64,000 nucleotides of DNA from Candidatus Obscuribacter phosphatis. Lineage in GTDB: Bacteria > Cyanobacteriota > Vampirovibrionia > Obscuribacterales > Obscuribacteraceae. Position 1 is the stretch's first letter, and the number at the start of each line of letters is the position of its first letter. Below are positions 50,553-59,770 of the stretch, piece by piece. The position numbers and the translations under genes are program-made. A model generated the notes under the pieces. It was not told where the DNA came from. It saw only the letters and a list, made by a program, of their open reading frames with translations, and did not search any database. The DNA is taken from NCBI GenBank assembly GCA_001899315.1, contig MOYA01000004.1:54477-118476 (forward strand), in the 5' to 3' direction.

Positions 50553-53228
50553 TTAGTTTCTCTGGGTCAAGCATTTCACGTCCGGATAGTAGTGCTTAAG
50601 TTGAGCTTGAATCACCTTGACATCTTCCAATTTACCACTCTGTCTGGCTCTTTCCAGCTTGGTCGATAGAGCCAGCCAGTTGGACGGATCGATCATGATG
50701 GCCTGGTCGACTATTTGGTCCACCAGCCAACGGCCTAGATCTTCAAGGTTTCTAATCACTGTTACTTTCTGACCTTTGTCGCCTGGCTGCTTACTGTCTT
50801 TGGCATGCTTGCTTTCTTTGGCATCTTTTGTCTGCACCTTCATGGGTTTGCGGCTGCTTTCCAGCCGGGCTAAAAAGTAGCCGGAATAAGCGAGAACTTC
50901 TGGGTCGGTAGGCGCCATTAAGACCGCCTTACTGATTTTTTGCTTGGCAGAATTGAGATAGTCTATGCTCGGATTCTGGCTGGCATACAAAAATCCCCAA
51001 ACGGCAAGCACTCTTGCTTGTATAGACTTGTCGCGTGAACTTTCAGCTAAGTTATAGGCTTTGAGAAGCTGCGCCTCAGCCTCTTCTAAAACCTTTTCAC
51101 GTTCACGCCCTTCGCCATGCCCATCCAGAGGTTTATCAACTAAGCCGATTTTTTCTTTCGCCTTGGGACTGCTTTTTAGATCGCCCTGCTCTGCATTACC
51201 GGCATGATCACCTGAAATATTACTCGCAGCGCCGCTGAGCAGTTGACTGGTGAGAGGTCTAAACAAAAACTCAGGACTAAAGTCACCACCAGCTTTCTGA
51301 CAAAGGGCTTGCGCCAACTCAATACGCACCAGAGCCTCTGCGCCGAAGAGTTCTTTGTGATGCGCAGTATCGGCTAGCTTCTCCAACTCTCTAATTGTAG
51401 GACCGAGATTGCGACTTTTGAGCAATTCCAAACGAAGCGGAGCGAGCTTGTGCTGGTACTCCCAAAACGATTTCTGTGACTTACTTTGGCTTAGAATAAG
51501 CCTTTGATTTCTATAGTCGAAAGTTACTTTGTATCGACTCAAAAGCGGATTGCCGATGATCGCTAAATCTGAAGAAGTAATAATGCCGGTCTGCTGGCTG
51601 CCTTCCTTACCAGGAGCAACACTAAACACCGGTCCATCGATACGCAGATTATCCAATTCCAGATAGTTGAACTTGACTGAACCAGTTTCAACCAACTTGC
51701 CGTCCAAGCCCTTCAGCTGTCCTGTGCGATAGAGCGGATTAGGAATAAGCGACTTGACTCGACTTTCAGAAACATTGTTAAAGGCAGCACCGGTATCAAG
51801 CAAGAAAGAAACCTTTTGCTTACCGTCAAAACTACCTTCCACAGCTAGTCCAGACATGCCCAGACTGGGTTTGGTATTAACTATGATGGCACCATCAGCC
51901 ACCTTGCTTTTGCGAGGATCATCAAAAGTAACCTTGCCGTTCTCATAATCAACTGTGACCAAGAAACGCTTCAAGACATTGGCGCCGATTAAACCAGCCG
52001 GTTTTTCTTTTTGTATTGTTTCAAACCCAGATAGGTCAGCCACAGCGCAAGTAACGTCTTTTAGTTCCATGTCACCCAGGGTGAATGTATTGAACTTGAC
52101 TCCGTCAGCCTTGATAGAACCGGCTCCGGTGGTCATGGCAATACTTTCTTCCGGCTTGGTTGCCGCTTGTGCCAGCCCGGAGAGTTCCTTCATAAAGCGC
52201 TTGTCTAAAATAGACTGGGTAGCACCGGTGTCGAGGATGAACTTAAGTTCGTTTGTGCCGTTAATTTTAGCCCTGACCAAGATTTCATTGCCGACATAAT
52301 CAAATGGAATGGTGACCGGTCCAGCTTGCAGGCGCAAGGGTAGCTTCTCTTCCGGCATGGCAAAATCGGCATCGGTGATTGTCTCGTCGATCTTTAAAGA
52401 GTCGATGCGGGTTTCAGATACCAACTCTTTGCCGCTGAACTCTTTGACGACGAAAGGCTGCATTGTCCCTTCTACTTCGCGATAATCTTCGTAATGGTAG
52501 AGCTTGTCTATCTTTATGCCGCGCTCTAGATCAACACCAGGATAACTGCTGGCTAAGACCAGATAATTCTCCTTGTCTATGTAAAAGCTGGTTGGCACGC
52601 CGTCATTGGCGTAAATCAACAAAGTTTCACAAGGGCGACCGGCGATGACCACCGGCTTACCAAGCTCTAGTGAAGCCTCAGGAATAGATTCGAGCAATAA
52701 GAGTCCATGGTTGATGTCTTCTTCGATGCGCTTGGCGGTGATCGCATCAGCAGGCATAACAGTATCGCCCTGCTTGGTCCAACAAATTTTGCCGTCATAG
52801 ACAGTTGTATGAGGCTGACCAAGCAAATTAATGGTGATCATCTCTTTCTCGCGCTTAACCAAAAGGTCGCAACCGAAAGAGTTAGTCGACTTGGACAAAG
52901 CCGAAGTCTGGACAATTTTGCCGCTGGCTCGACAGGGTTTATCGTTGAATTTCTTATATGCTTCAAAACCGCCCAATTTAGCCAAGACTTTCTCAGCCAG
53001 CTTGACCGCCTCGCTATCACGCCTGGCTTTCAGCTTGACAGCTTCATGCCCTTTGCTGCGACTCTCAGATAGAGCATAGGCAGAAGGCGTATTTGCTAGA
53101 GAAAGAAAGGCAGAAAGGCTAGATATTGGCAAAATCGGCAGAGACAGTGCCAGCGCTGCTAGCGGCGCAACTACCAGAGTTGCTCGTTGTTTACTGACAC
53201 GATGTCTCTTTTGAAAGAAGCTAGGCAC
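50553..53228 (-). CDS. secreted protein with two retropepsin-like aspartic protease domains
   Basis: GTG start with AGGAA upstream; signal peptide. Two D-T-G-A motifs (KFILDTGATQSILD and SFLLDTGAAFNNVS), each followed about 90 aa later by an (I/L)IG(A/N) flap/dimer-type motif. Helical C-terminus. Confidence 0.7.
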   Translation of the reverse strand: MPSFFQKRHRVSKQRATLVVAPLAALALSLPILPISSLSAFLSLANTPSAYALSESRSKGHEAVKLKARRDSEAVKLAEKVLAKLGGFEAYKKFNDKPCRASGKIVQTSALSKSTNSFGCDLLVKREKEMITINLLGQPHTTVYDGKICWTKQGDTVMPADAITAKRIEEDINHGLLLLESIPEASLELGKPVVIAGRPCETLLIYANDGVPTSFYIDKENYLVLASSYPGVDLERGIKIDKLYHYEDYREVEGTMQPFVVKEFSGKELVSETRIDSLKIDETITDADFAMPEEKLPLRLQAGPVTIPFDYVGNEILVRAKINGTNELKFILDTGATQSILDKRFMKELSGLAQAATKPEESIAMTTGAGSIKADGVKFNTFTLGDMELKDVTCAVADLSGFETIQKEKPAGLIGANVLKRFLVTVDYENGKVTFDDPRKSKVADGAIIVNTKPSLGMSGLAVEGSFDGKQKVSFLLDTGAAFNNVSESRVKSLIPNPLYRTGQLKGLDGKLVETGSVKFNYLELDNLRIDGPVFSVAPGKEGSQQTGIITSSDLAIIGNPLLSRYKVTFDYRNQRLILSQSKSQKSFWEYQHKLAPLRLELLKSRNLGPTIRELEKLADTAHHKELFGAEALVRIELAQALCQKAGGDFSPEFLFRPLTSQLLSGAASNISGDHAGNAEQGDLKSSPKAKEKIGLVDKPLDGHGEGREREKVLEEAEAQLLKAYNLAESSRDKSIQARVLAVWGFLYASQNPSIDYLNSAKQKISKAVLMAPTDPEVLAYSGYFLARLESSRKPMKVQTKDAKESKHAKDSKQPGDKGQKVTVIRNLEDLGRWLVDQIVDQAIMIDPSNWLALSTKLERARQSGKLEDVKVIQAQLKHYYPDVKCLTQRN

Positions 53229-53386
53229 GATAAATTCCTGATTAGATGAAAATAGTTATTATGACAAAAGCAGCCAAAAGCTGCATCAGACGCCTGTAAA
53301 ATAACTGCAGTCGTTTTCTCGCTTGACGACCGCCAATCTTGCTCTCACTATCTTGCCCTAATTTTGATCAGAAACAGGACTTGCAG

Positions 53387-54331
53387 ATGACTGAAACACC
53401 CGCCAATTACACAACTGCCGTTTCTATTGCCGAAAAGAAAGTTGTCGTTTTGAGAGACCTCGACAGTCTGTATAACTACAGACTCTCTCAGGCGGCGGCT
53501 TGGGCCCCCATCCAGAATCTGCGCCAAGACCAAATCAGGCTTGGTTTTGTGCCCACCATGGGCGCTCTGCACGAAGGCCATCTGGAACTTGTCAGAAGAG
53601 CCCGCGAAAAATGCCAAAAAGTTATCGTTTCTATTTTTGTCAATCCGTATCAGTTTGCTCCCCACGAAGACTTCAGCAAATATCCACGTACTTTTGAAAG
53701 AGACCTGGAATTACTGCAATCGGTGGGTGCCGACGCGGTTTTCTATCCAGACGAGAAGCTCATCTATCCAAACGGCAAAGAGAAAATCACGGCGGTTATT
53801 CCACCTTCACCTCTCAATGACACCCTGGAAGGAGAGTTTCGCCCGACCTTCTTTAGAGGTGTAGCCACAGTCGTCCTCAAACTTTTCAACCTGGTTCAAC
53901 CTCATATCGCTTTTTTTGGTCAGAAAGACTACCAGCAATGGAAAGTGATCGAAACCATGGTCAAAGATCTCAATTTGCCGGTCGATATAGTGGGAGTGCC
54001 CACCGTGAGAGAGAGCGACGGTCTGGCCATGAGTTCGAGAAATGCCTATCTAGACGAAAAAGCGCGAAAAGAAGCGACAAATCTCTATAAAGCTCTCTGT
54101 ACCACTAGAGAATTGATGGAAGGCGGTAAGAACCCGTCACAAGCAGCTGCGGAGGCAGCCAAACTGCTGCAAGAAAGCCAGGGCTGGCAATTGCAATATC
54201 TAAAGGTCTGCCGTTCAGAAAGCTTAGAAGCCATGCCGGATAAGTACAGCAAACCCTGCGTCATATTGGCTGCAGCAAAGCTGGGCGAAGTTAGGCTAAT
54301 CGATAACTTGCCGATTGCCGATTTTGATTAG
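53387..54331 (+). CDS. panC: pantoate--beta-alanine ligase
   Basis: ORF trimmed to ATG 53387. GFVPTMGALHEGHLELV, SIFVNPYQF, FFGQKDYQQ, MSSRN. Confidence 0.9.
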   Translation: MTETPANYTTAVSIAEKKVVVLRDLDSLYNYRLSQAAAWAPIQNLRQDQIRLGFVPTMGALHEGHLELVRRAREKCQKVIVSIFVNPYQFAPHEDFSKYPRTFERDLELLQSVGADAVFYPDEKLIYPNGKEKITAVIPPSPLNDTLEGEFRPTFFRGVATVVLKLFNLVQPHIAFFGQKDYQQWKVIETMVKDLNLPVDIVGVPTVRESDGLAMSSRNAYLDEKARKEATNLYKALCTTRELMEGGKNPSQAAAEAAKLLQESQGWQLQYLKVCRSESLEAMPDKYSKPCVILAAAKLGEVRLIDNLPIADFD

Positions 54332-54657
54332 TGAGTCCAATCACTCACTAGGCCCATCGAAATAGGCTTTTCCTGATTAGCGGCAACAAAGCTGGTCGGT
54401 CCGTTCTGGACCGGGGTTTTAGCCTGGCTATTGAGGTTGCGATTGCGATAGTTGAGGGCTAAAACTACGTTTGGCAACATAGAAGGAAAGCTTGATGTTT
54501 CGTCGGTACTGAGCGTCAGATCGACCAATATGGCACTGACCGAATCATTGCTGCGTCCAAGCTCTATGGTTTCCTGCCATTCGGCTTGCAAGGCGTTCTT
54601 GCGCTTCATAGAGGAATTCTTGAGCTGTTGTATGTCAAATGCTGCTTCGATACTCAT
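54328..54657 (-). CDS. small hypothetical protein
   Basis: 109-aa ORF with a 4-nt convergent overlap with the panC stop. GGAGGA lies about 15 nt upstream. No family recognised. Confidence 0.45.
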   Translation of the reverse strand: MSIEAAFDIQQLKNSSMKRKNALQAEWQETIELGRSNDSVSAILVDLTLSTDETSSFPSMLPNVVLALNYRNRNLNSQAKTPVQNGPTSFVAANQEKPISMGLVSDWTH

Positions 54658-54722
54658 AATCTTTGCTCATCCTCCTCTGTGAGGGTATCTACACTGATGG
54701 GCAAATTTCTGGACAAAATTAT

Positions 54723-54797
54723 TGAATCGAGAAGATGAATTCGAAAAATGACCTCGAGAGTATGACTTCGAAAAGATGATCTCGAAAAGATGACAAC
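54723..54797. repeat. 14-15-bp tandem repeat, about 5 copies (TGAnnTCGAAAAGA)
   Basis: TTGAATCGAGAAGA / TGAATTCGAAAAA / TGACCTCGAGAGTA / TGACTTCGAAAAGA / TGATCTCGAAAAGA / TGAC. Confidence 0.75.
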
Positions 54798-54855
54798 ATA
54801 TAGTAAAACAATCGACAGCGAAAAGAAGCGGGCTTCTTTTCGACTGTTCCCTTAC

Positions 54856-55629
54856 TTATTCAGGACAAGATGCAAGCAACTGCGGAATAATCGAAAGCTT
54901 TACCTCAAGAACATTCAACAGTGCCAGATAGAGATTCCAGCTGATTGCCTCCTTTCCCGACCAAAAGGCTTCGAGCTTTGTCTGCAAAGCAGTCAAGCTT
55001 TGCGAAGCCGATAGCTGTGCCGGATTTGCGTCATTCAAAAAACTTGCCGGATAAACCAAGTCATATTCAAATGAGGCGAACCGGCCTGAAGCACGAGCAA
55101 TCAGCCAAGCCAAAGAGCTAAACGCCGGACTTTCACCAAAATAATGAACAGCAATCTGGCGCAGAGCAGGCAGCATTTCGTCAGCCGAGACGACCAAACT
55201 GCGCTTATCATCTCCTCCTTCAAAACAGGGACCAGGCCGCGAAGCAACTAGGTGCAACTCAAAACCGCTTTCGCAGAACATACGAGCAAGTAAAAAGGGA
55301 CAAGGAAAAAGCACCTTCTCAACCAATAAATCAAATAGATGTCTATTCCTATCACTTCTTTCGCTGAGCCAAGCAGTAAGTGCTTCATTCTTTAAGCCTG
55401 TCTGAAATTGCAAACGCAACAAAAACAAATCGGCAAGCCTAAAAAGATCCGGTTCGAAATCATTCCAGAACTGAAACTTCGCTCGGTCAAATCCCATGCC
55501 AATAGGCAATTTTTGTGGAATATTTTGAGGATTTCTTTGAGGTAGTTTTTGAGAAATTTTTCGAGGAATGTCTTGAGGAATTTCTCGAGCCATACTCTGG
55601 TCAATTTTTTGGTCCATATTTTGGTTCAT
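54856..55629 (-). CDS. hypothetical protein with N-terminal Q/P/I repeat
   Basis: ORF trimmed to ATG 55629 (GGAGGG SD). N-terminus has (IPQD/IPRK/ISQK/LPQR/NPQN/IPQK) 4-aa periodicity. No family recognised. Confidence 0.55.
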   Translation of the reverse strand: MNQNMDQKIDQSMAREIPQDIPRKISQKLPQRNPQNIPQKLPIGMGFDRAKFQFWNDFEPDLFRLADLFLLRLQFQTGLKNEALTAWLSERSDRNRHLFDLLVEKVLFPCPFLLARMFCESGFELHLVASRPGPCFEGGDDKRSLVVSADEMLPALRQIAVHYFGESPAFSSLAWLIARASGRFASFEYDLVYPASFLNDANPAQLSASQSLTALQTKLEAFWSGKEAISWNLYLALLNVLEVKLSIIPQLLASCPE

Positions 55630-55688
55630 ACACCCTCCATTTTTACAAGAACAAAAGCTCGGCCCCACTCTTTCTGCCTGCGAGCCAG

Positions 55689-56492
55689 TCAGGGTCTCGA
55701 AAGGCGCAAACGCATAGTCAAACCGAAGGCTGCCAGTAACTTCTGGTAGGTGAGCAAACTGGCATTTTGTCCCCGCTTAATACGAGTTAGGCTCTGACAG
55801 GAGATTCCGCATGCGTCCCGCAAGAATGTCGGCGAATAGGCAGCAGTAAGCCTAGAAATTAATGCTGAGATGCAACGCACCACCTGGTTGGGGGCACAAA
55901 CCGTCTCGCCGCAGAAAGCAGCAGGTGACACGCTATCTCTAGAAATAGAGGCAAGACTGGTGCTTGACTCTAGACCCCTATCTTGTTCAAGCTTGTCGAC
56001 AGGTGACTGCCTGTAGTTTGGATTTAGTGCTTTCACCGGTTTGACCGATCTGGCAGAACCTAGAGGACTTAGAGGATTGAGAGGACTGACACAAACCACC
56101 AATTTCAAATTACTGGCTTCAGCGATGTCCACAAGCGTAGAGAGCCTAGGCACGCGCCAACCTTTCAGACAACGCCGCAAAGTTGCCTCTGAAACGCCGG
56201 TCCAATAGCTGACCAGCTTGCCCAACAAGTTGAGATCCTCGCATTGAAAATGAAGGCACAAATCGTAGACCAAAGGTCTGGTCATTAAGACTGTGTTTCT
56301 ATGCGCCAACTCGCAAAGCAAACCGAATTCAGAAATATTAGAGGCATAGCGCAGCTTCCTCTCTTGCATAACAGAATCAAAACTAGCCTCGTCTCTATTG
56401 CGTCTTTTGGCGACTTTTCGGCGAGCGAGTTTGCTTGTCCTAGCTGTTTTTGAAGAGTTAGACTGCTCTGAAGATTCTCTGTAGTTATTCAT
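55689..56492 (-). CDS. DNA-binding protein with two XRE-like HTH segments
   Basis: ORF trimmed to ATG 56492 (GAGGTG SD). Basic N-terminus (KLARRKVAKRRNR). GVSEATLRRCLKGWRVPRLSTLVDIA and GISCQSLTRIKRGQNASLLTYQKLLAAFG look like HTH_XRE cores. Confidence 0.55.
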   Translation of the reverse strand: MNNYRESSEQSNSSKTARTSKLARRKVAKRRNRDEASFDSVMQERKLRYASNISEFGLLCELAHRNTVLMTRPLVYDLCLHFQCEDLNLLGKLVSYWTGVSEATLRRCLKGWRVPRLSTLVDIAEASNLKLVVCVSPLNPLSPLGSARSVKPVKALNPNYRQSPVDKLEQDRGLESSTSLASISRDSVSPAAFCGETVCAPNQVVRCISALISRLTAAYSPTFLRDACGISCQSLTRIKRGQNASLLTYQKLLAAFGLTMRLRLSRP

Positions 56493-56527
56493 TAAAACGC
56501 ACCTCAATGTGTAAACTAGCTAATTTG

Positions 56528-56540
56528 GAAAACCGATATA
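56528..56540. promoter_or_regulatory. half-site GAAAACCGATAT of the palindrome family
   Basis: Identical to the left arm of the 32209 copy; the right arm is not conserved. 36 nt upstream of ATG 56492. Confidence 0.35.
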
Positions 56541-56933
56541 GACGCGAGGCAAGGCGCGATGAGGCTTTGCCACACCGAGAGAAAAGCTGTATCTATAGAC
56601 AAACTGGCTTGCACCAATCTAGGGCATCCTAAGGGTCTTGCTCGTCTTTAGTTAGGTTGATCAGAACCTAGACTTAGACAGAGCTTGATGCCGCTCGCAT
56701 CTCAAAACCACTAATATAGGAACGCTTGTGTCGGTGTTTCTCTTGTCTTGCCCGCGCAAAAAATCTGAATCGGTTCACCAGAATCTAGCCAAAGCCAATA
56801 AGGCGAGTAAACCGAAAAGACAAAGAAAAGCGCGTAATTCTCCCAGAATTCTGATTATGAGATGGTTTTGGCAACTAGATTAGCCATCTTAGGATCGTTG
56901 CTACAGAGAACCAATCGCGTTAATATAGGGGCG

Positions 56934-57494
56934 ATGAAGAAGAACAGAGTTATCTTTGACGGCGGCGATTTCTTGATTAGAGATTTCATTAGGGATGATG
57001 CCGAAAGCCTTGCCTTGAGCGGAAACGATCGCGAAGTTTGGCTATGCCTTAGAGATCGCTTTCCAAGCCCCTATACCAGAAGGGACGCTCTAGACTGGAT
57101 AGACTTAGTCAATAATTCCAACCCGAAAATCAACTTTGCCATTGATGTAGAAGGCAGAGTAGCAGGCGGAATCGGTCTGATGCTACAAACAGATGTCGCT
57201 CGTGTAAGTGCCGAAATCGGATATTGGCTCGGCAAAGAATACTGGGGCAAAGGCATCATGACCAAAGCCGTATCAGGCATGTCGGAATGGGCCTTCTGCA
57301 ATTTACCAATCACCAGATTGTACGCACTTGTTTTCGACTTCAACAAAAGTTCTGCTCGAGTTTTAGAAAAATGCGGCTATCAGCTGGAAGGACGTCTGCG
57401 CAAAGCTGCCATCAAAGATGGAAAAGTTGTAGACGAACTTCTATACGCAAAAATTAGAGATGAACTGAGCACTGAAGCAAAACTTCAAAGCTAG
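56934..57494 (+). CDS. GNAT N-acetyltransferase (RimJ/RimL-like)
   Basis: ORF trimmed to ATG 56934. IGYWLGKEYWGKGIMTKAV and NKSSARVLEKCGYQLEG are typical GNAT motif A/B contexts. Confidence 0.8.
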   Translation: MKKNRVIFDGGDFLIRDFIRDDAESLALSGNDREVWLCLRDRFPSPYTRRDALDWIDLVNNSNPKINFAIDVEGRVAGGIGLMLQTDVARVSAEIGYWLGKEYWGKGIMTKAVSGMSEWAFCNLPITRLYALVFDFNKSSARVLEKCGYQLEGRLRKAAIKDGKVVDELLYAKIRDELSTEAKLQS

Positions 57495-58936
57495 AAACTG
57501 AGAGAAATCTCGACTGTCATCGGTGTGGTAAAGGCCCTCAACTTCCTAGAACCAATATAACCAGTCCTAAGACAGTTATCCAGAAGCTGCAGTTTAAGCC
57601 GGTTTCTGGACTCATCTCTGAGAAAATGTAAGACCGCCTCAGAACCATCGCTCTCATCTAAAATACCTGGTATAAAGCGAAGTGCAGAACCATATATTTG
57701 CAAATACTTTCTTGATATTCCACCAAAAATAAAGTTTATGCCAGCTTTGAATGCTTCCAAAGATAGCCGCAGAGCCGCTTCCCCATCAAATCTCTGACAA
57801 AACAAACATCTATCTGCTAAGCATTTCCGAATTGCTCTCTTTGTTAAGGAAAGCTTGTCTCTGCGCTCATATCTAAGATCTGCAGAGCGCCAACTAGCAT
57901 GCACGTCGCCATTCTCCAATCCATCAAAATACACATGCCTTTCGTAATCAGGACCTTTGAACTCCTGGTCCTCTCCCTCCCAGAATGAACCTGTATCTTC
58001 AGATTCGGCACTATCATTATCAAATGAACTAGCATTCGAAACTCTGTTTTTCACAACTGAAAATTTCAAACCAGCTAGTTCCTCAATTAGACCTTCTATT
58101 TGAAGCTCGGTCATTACTGCTGAGATATCAGAAATGGAGCGACCCAACACCTCACAAAGATCATCAAAACCCAGTGGTCTATCGCCCAGTACTGCCAATA
58201 AAGAAAAGGCTAGTTCTCTCTGCTTATCATCTGAAAAACAACTTTCTACTATATCCGAAGGCTTTGAGCATTCCGGATCATCTGCTGAGTCATTATCAAA
58301 ATCACGCTCTTTGTAGTAGGCATTCTCACTACTTTTCTCTGCAGATTCACCATGATCATTAGATTGGGAGCTAATTCTAGAATGGAGACGGCCCTCGTAA
58401 ACTTCTTCTTCAAACGGCCTAAGCCATCTAGGAGTTGCTAGACTACGCCTAGAAAACAAATCTAAAAAGTGTACGCTACTAATACAAACTCTCTCTTCCT
58501 TGTCCTTTTCTGATAGATCTACCGCAGCAAGAAGACTCTTTAATATGTGCTGTGCCGAAGAAATGCGAAGCCCAGACAAATCTGCAAGCATCAGTGAATT
58601 AACAAGTGCACCTCGCTCAAGCAGCCACATAGCCCCAAGCCAAGCACGCAGTTTTCTGACACCGGCAAAAAATGTTCCAGCAGATAAGGAAGAAGTTGAG
58701 TGACATTTAGAGCATCTAAATTTTCGGTGCCCATCTTTGAACTTAAGAGACTTGCTGAAACATTTGTGACAGAACAAAGCATCCTTCTCTCTGAGCTTGC
58801 CGTTCAGCCAAGACCAACAAAAATCTTCAGTCGGATAGGCAAGCTCAAACTCATGCCAAATACTCTTTACGAACTGATCTCTTCTGTCGCGTATCGCTGG
58901 ATCTTCGTGGAAAGAACGAAAAAATGGCTGTGACAT
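57491..58936 (-). CDS. IS1595-transposase-derived protein lacking DDE core (paralogue B)
   Basis: ORF trimmed to ATG 58936. CHKC...CSKC..SLSAGTFFAGVRKLRAWLGAMW..LSGLRISSAQHILKSLL; acidic linker; LLAVLGDRPLGFDDLCEVLGRSISDISAVMTELQIEGLIEELAG; GGISRKYLQIYGS. Confidence 0.7.
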   Translation of the reverse strand: MSQPFFRSFHEDPAIRDRRDQFVKSIWHEFELAYPTEDFCWSWLNGKLREKDALFCHKCFSKSLKFKDGHRKFRCSKCHSTSSLSAGTFFAGVRKLRAWLGAMWLLERGALVNSLMLADLSGLRISSAQHILKSLLAAVDLSEKDKEERVCISSVHFLDLFSRRSLATPRWLRPFEEEVYEGRLHSRISSQSNDHGESAEKSSENAYYKERDFDNDSADDPECSKPSDIVESCFSDDKQRELAFSLLAVLGDRPLGFDDLCEVLGRSISDISAVMTELQIEGLIEELAGLKFSVVKNRVSNASSFDNDSAESEDTGSFWEGEDQEFKGPDYERHVYFDGLENGDVHASWRSADLRYERRDKLSLTKRAIRKCLADRCLFCQRFDGEAALRLSLEAFKAGINFIFGGISRKYLQIYGSALRFIPGILDESDGSEAVLHFLRDESRNRLKLQLLDNCLRTGYIGSRKLRAFTTPMTVEISLSF

Positions 58937-59019
58937 TTTCAACACCTTGAGAGGTCCTGTTACTAATAACGATGTCAATAGGAAAAAAGTTCAATTTTTC
59001 CTTCGATTTTTATCTTTGA

Positions 59020-59055
59020 ATTTGATCCGGAGCCGATACCGGTTCCGGATCAAAT
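59020..59055. promoter_or_regulatory. 36-bp near-palindrome with CCGATACCGG core
   Basis: ATTTGATCCGGA GCCGATACCGGT TCCGGATCAAAT: perfect 12-bp arms, 32/36 positions symmetric. Lies between divergent genes (58936 minus, 59207 plus). Confidence 0.7.
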
Positions 59056-59206
59056 CTAAACATCTCGATTGAATTTGAACCTCGTCTGACCTCTTGCACG
59101 CGCAGACTTCGAGGCTAATTAGAGGGCTAAGGTGATTTAGTTTCAAACGTCCCATTTAGGGGAATACAACAGATAACCTTTATTCGGAGACATATAGGAG
59201 CTCGTC

Positions 59207-59743
59207 ATGCTAGACAAAGGGAAGCACGATAATTTTGACGCACCGAACCAGCTGACACATGCGAAAGCTCCTGAAGATCAGGGAGCCCTGGCAAAAATGC
59301 AGCTTGCAGCAGGACCTGAGCTATCGAAAGGCGACAAACTGCAGGCACCCACAGGAAAGTGTCCAGAAGGATTCGTCTCTTTCAACGATCTCAAGGCTCA
59401 TTACAAGACTCCAGAAGGTTTTCTGAGAAAGTCACCAATCGAAATGAGAGCTAACTACGGGCTGGCAAGCGGAGCTACCTCTGACGAGCTATTTGCAGCC
59501 ATGGGTAAGGAAGCCGCCCAAGTCTTCAAGGACGGGAATGCAGAAGTCAAAGCGTTGATGAGAACTAACTACGGTCTTAAAGACAAAGAATTCACACCAA
59601 GCAAGGTAACTGAAACTATCATCGCAAATGAAAGAAAACGCCTTAACTTGCCAAACGCAACTTTATCACAGCTTGAAGACGCCATTACAAATGACTCTCT
59701 CAACAAGCTTTTGCAATGCAAAATGCCCATAGACACCAATTAA
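59207..59743 (+). CDS. hypothetical protein with internal duplication
   Basis: AGGAG SD. MRANYGL... and MRTNYGLKDKEF mark a duplicated segment. No family recognised. Confidence 0.55.
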   Translation: MLDKGKHDNFDAPNQLTHAKAPEDQGALAKMQLAAGPELSKGDKLQAPTGKCPEGFVSFNDLKAHYKTPEGFLRKSPIEMRANYGLASGATSDELFAAMGKEAAQVFKDGNAEVKALMRTNYGLKDKEFTPSKVTETIIANERKRLNLPNATLSQLEDAITNDSLNKLLQCKMPIDTN

Positions 59744-59770
59744 TAAGAGTCTTTGGATACAAACCGATCA

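Noticed and set aside
35323-54797. Checked whether any of the tandem repeat arrays (35323, 35498, 37023, 48675, 54723) could be CRISPR arrays.
   Set aside because: The units are 7-46 bp and directly abutting, with no unique spacers of 25-40 bp. There are no cas genes, and one array is in-frame coding sequence.
56934-58936. GNAT acetyltransferase overlapping the paralogue B gene, considered as a possible GNAT toxin-antitoxin pair.
   Set aside because: The genes are convergent (3' ends overlap by 4 nt), not co-transcribed. The GNAT resembles RimJ/RimL-type enzymes, and no RHH/Xre antitoxin lies upstream of it.
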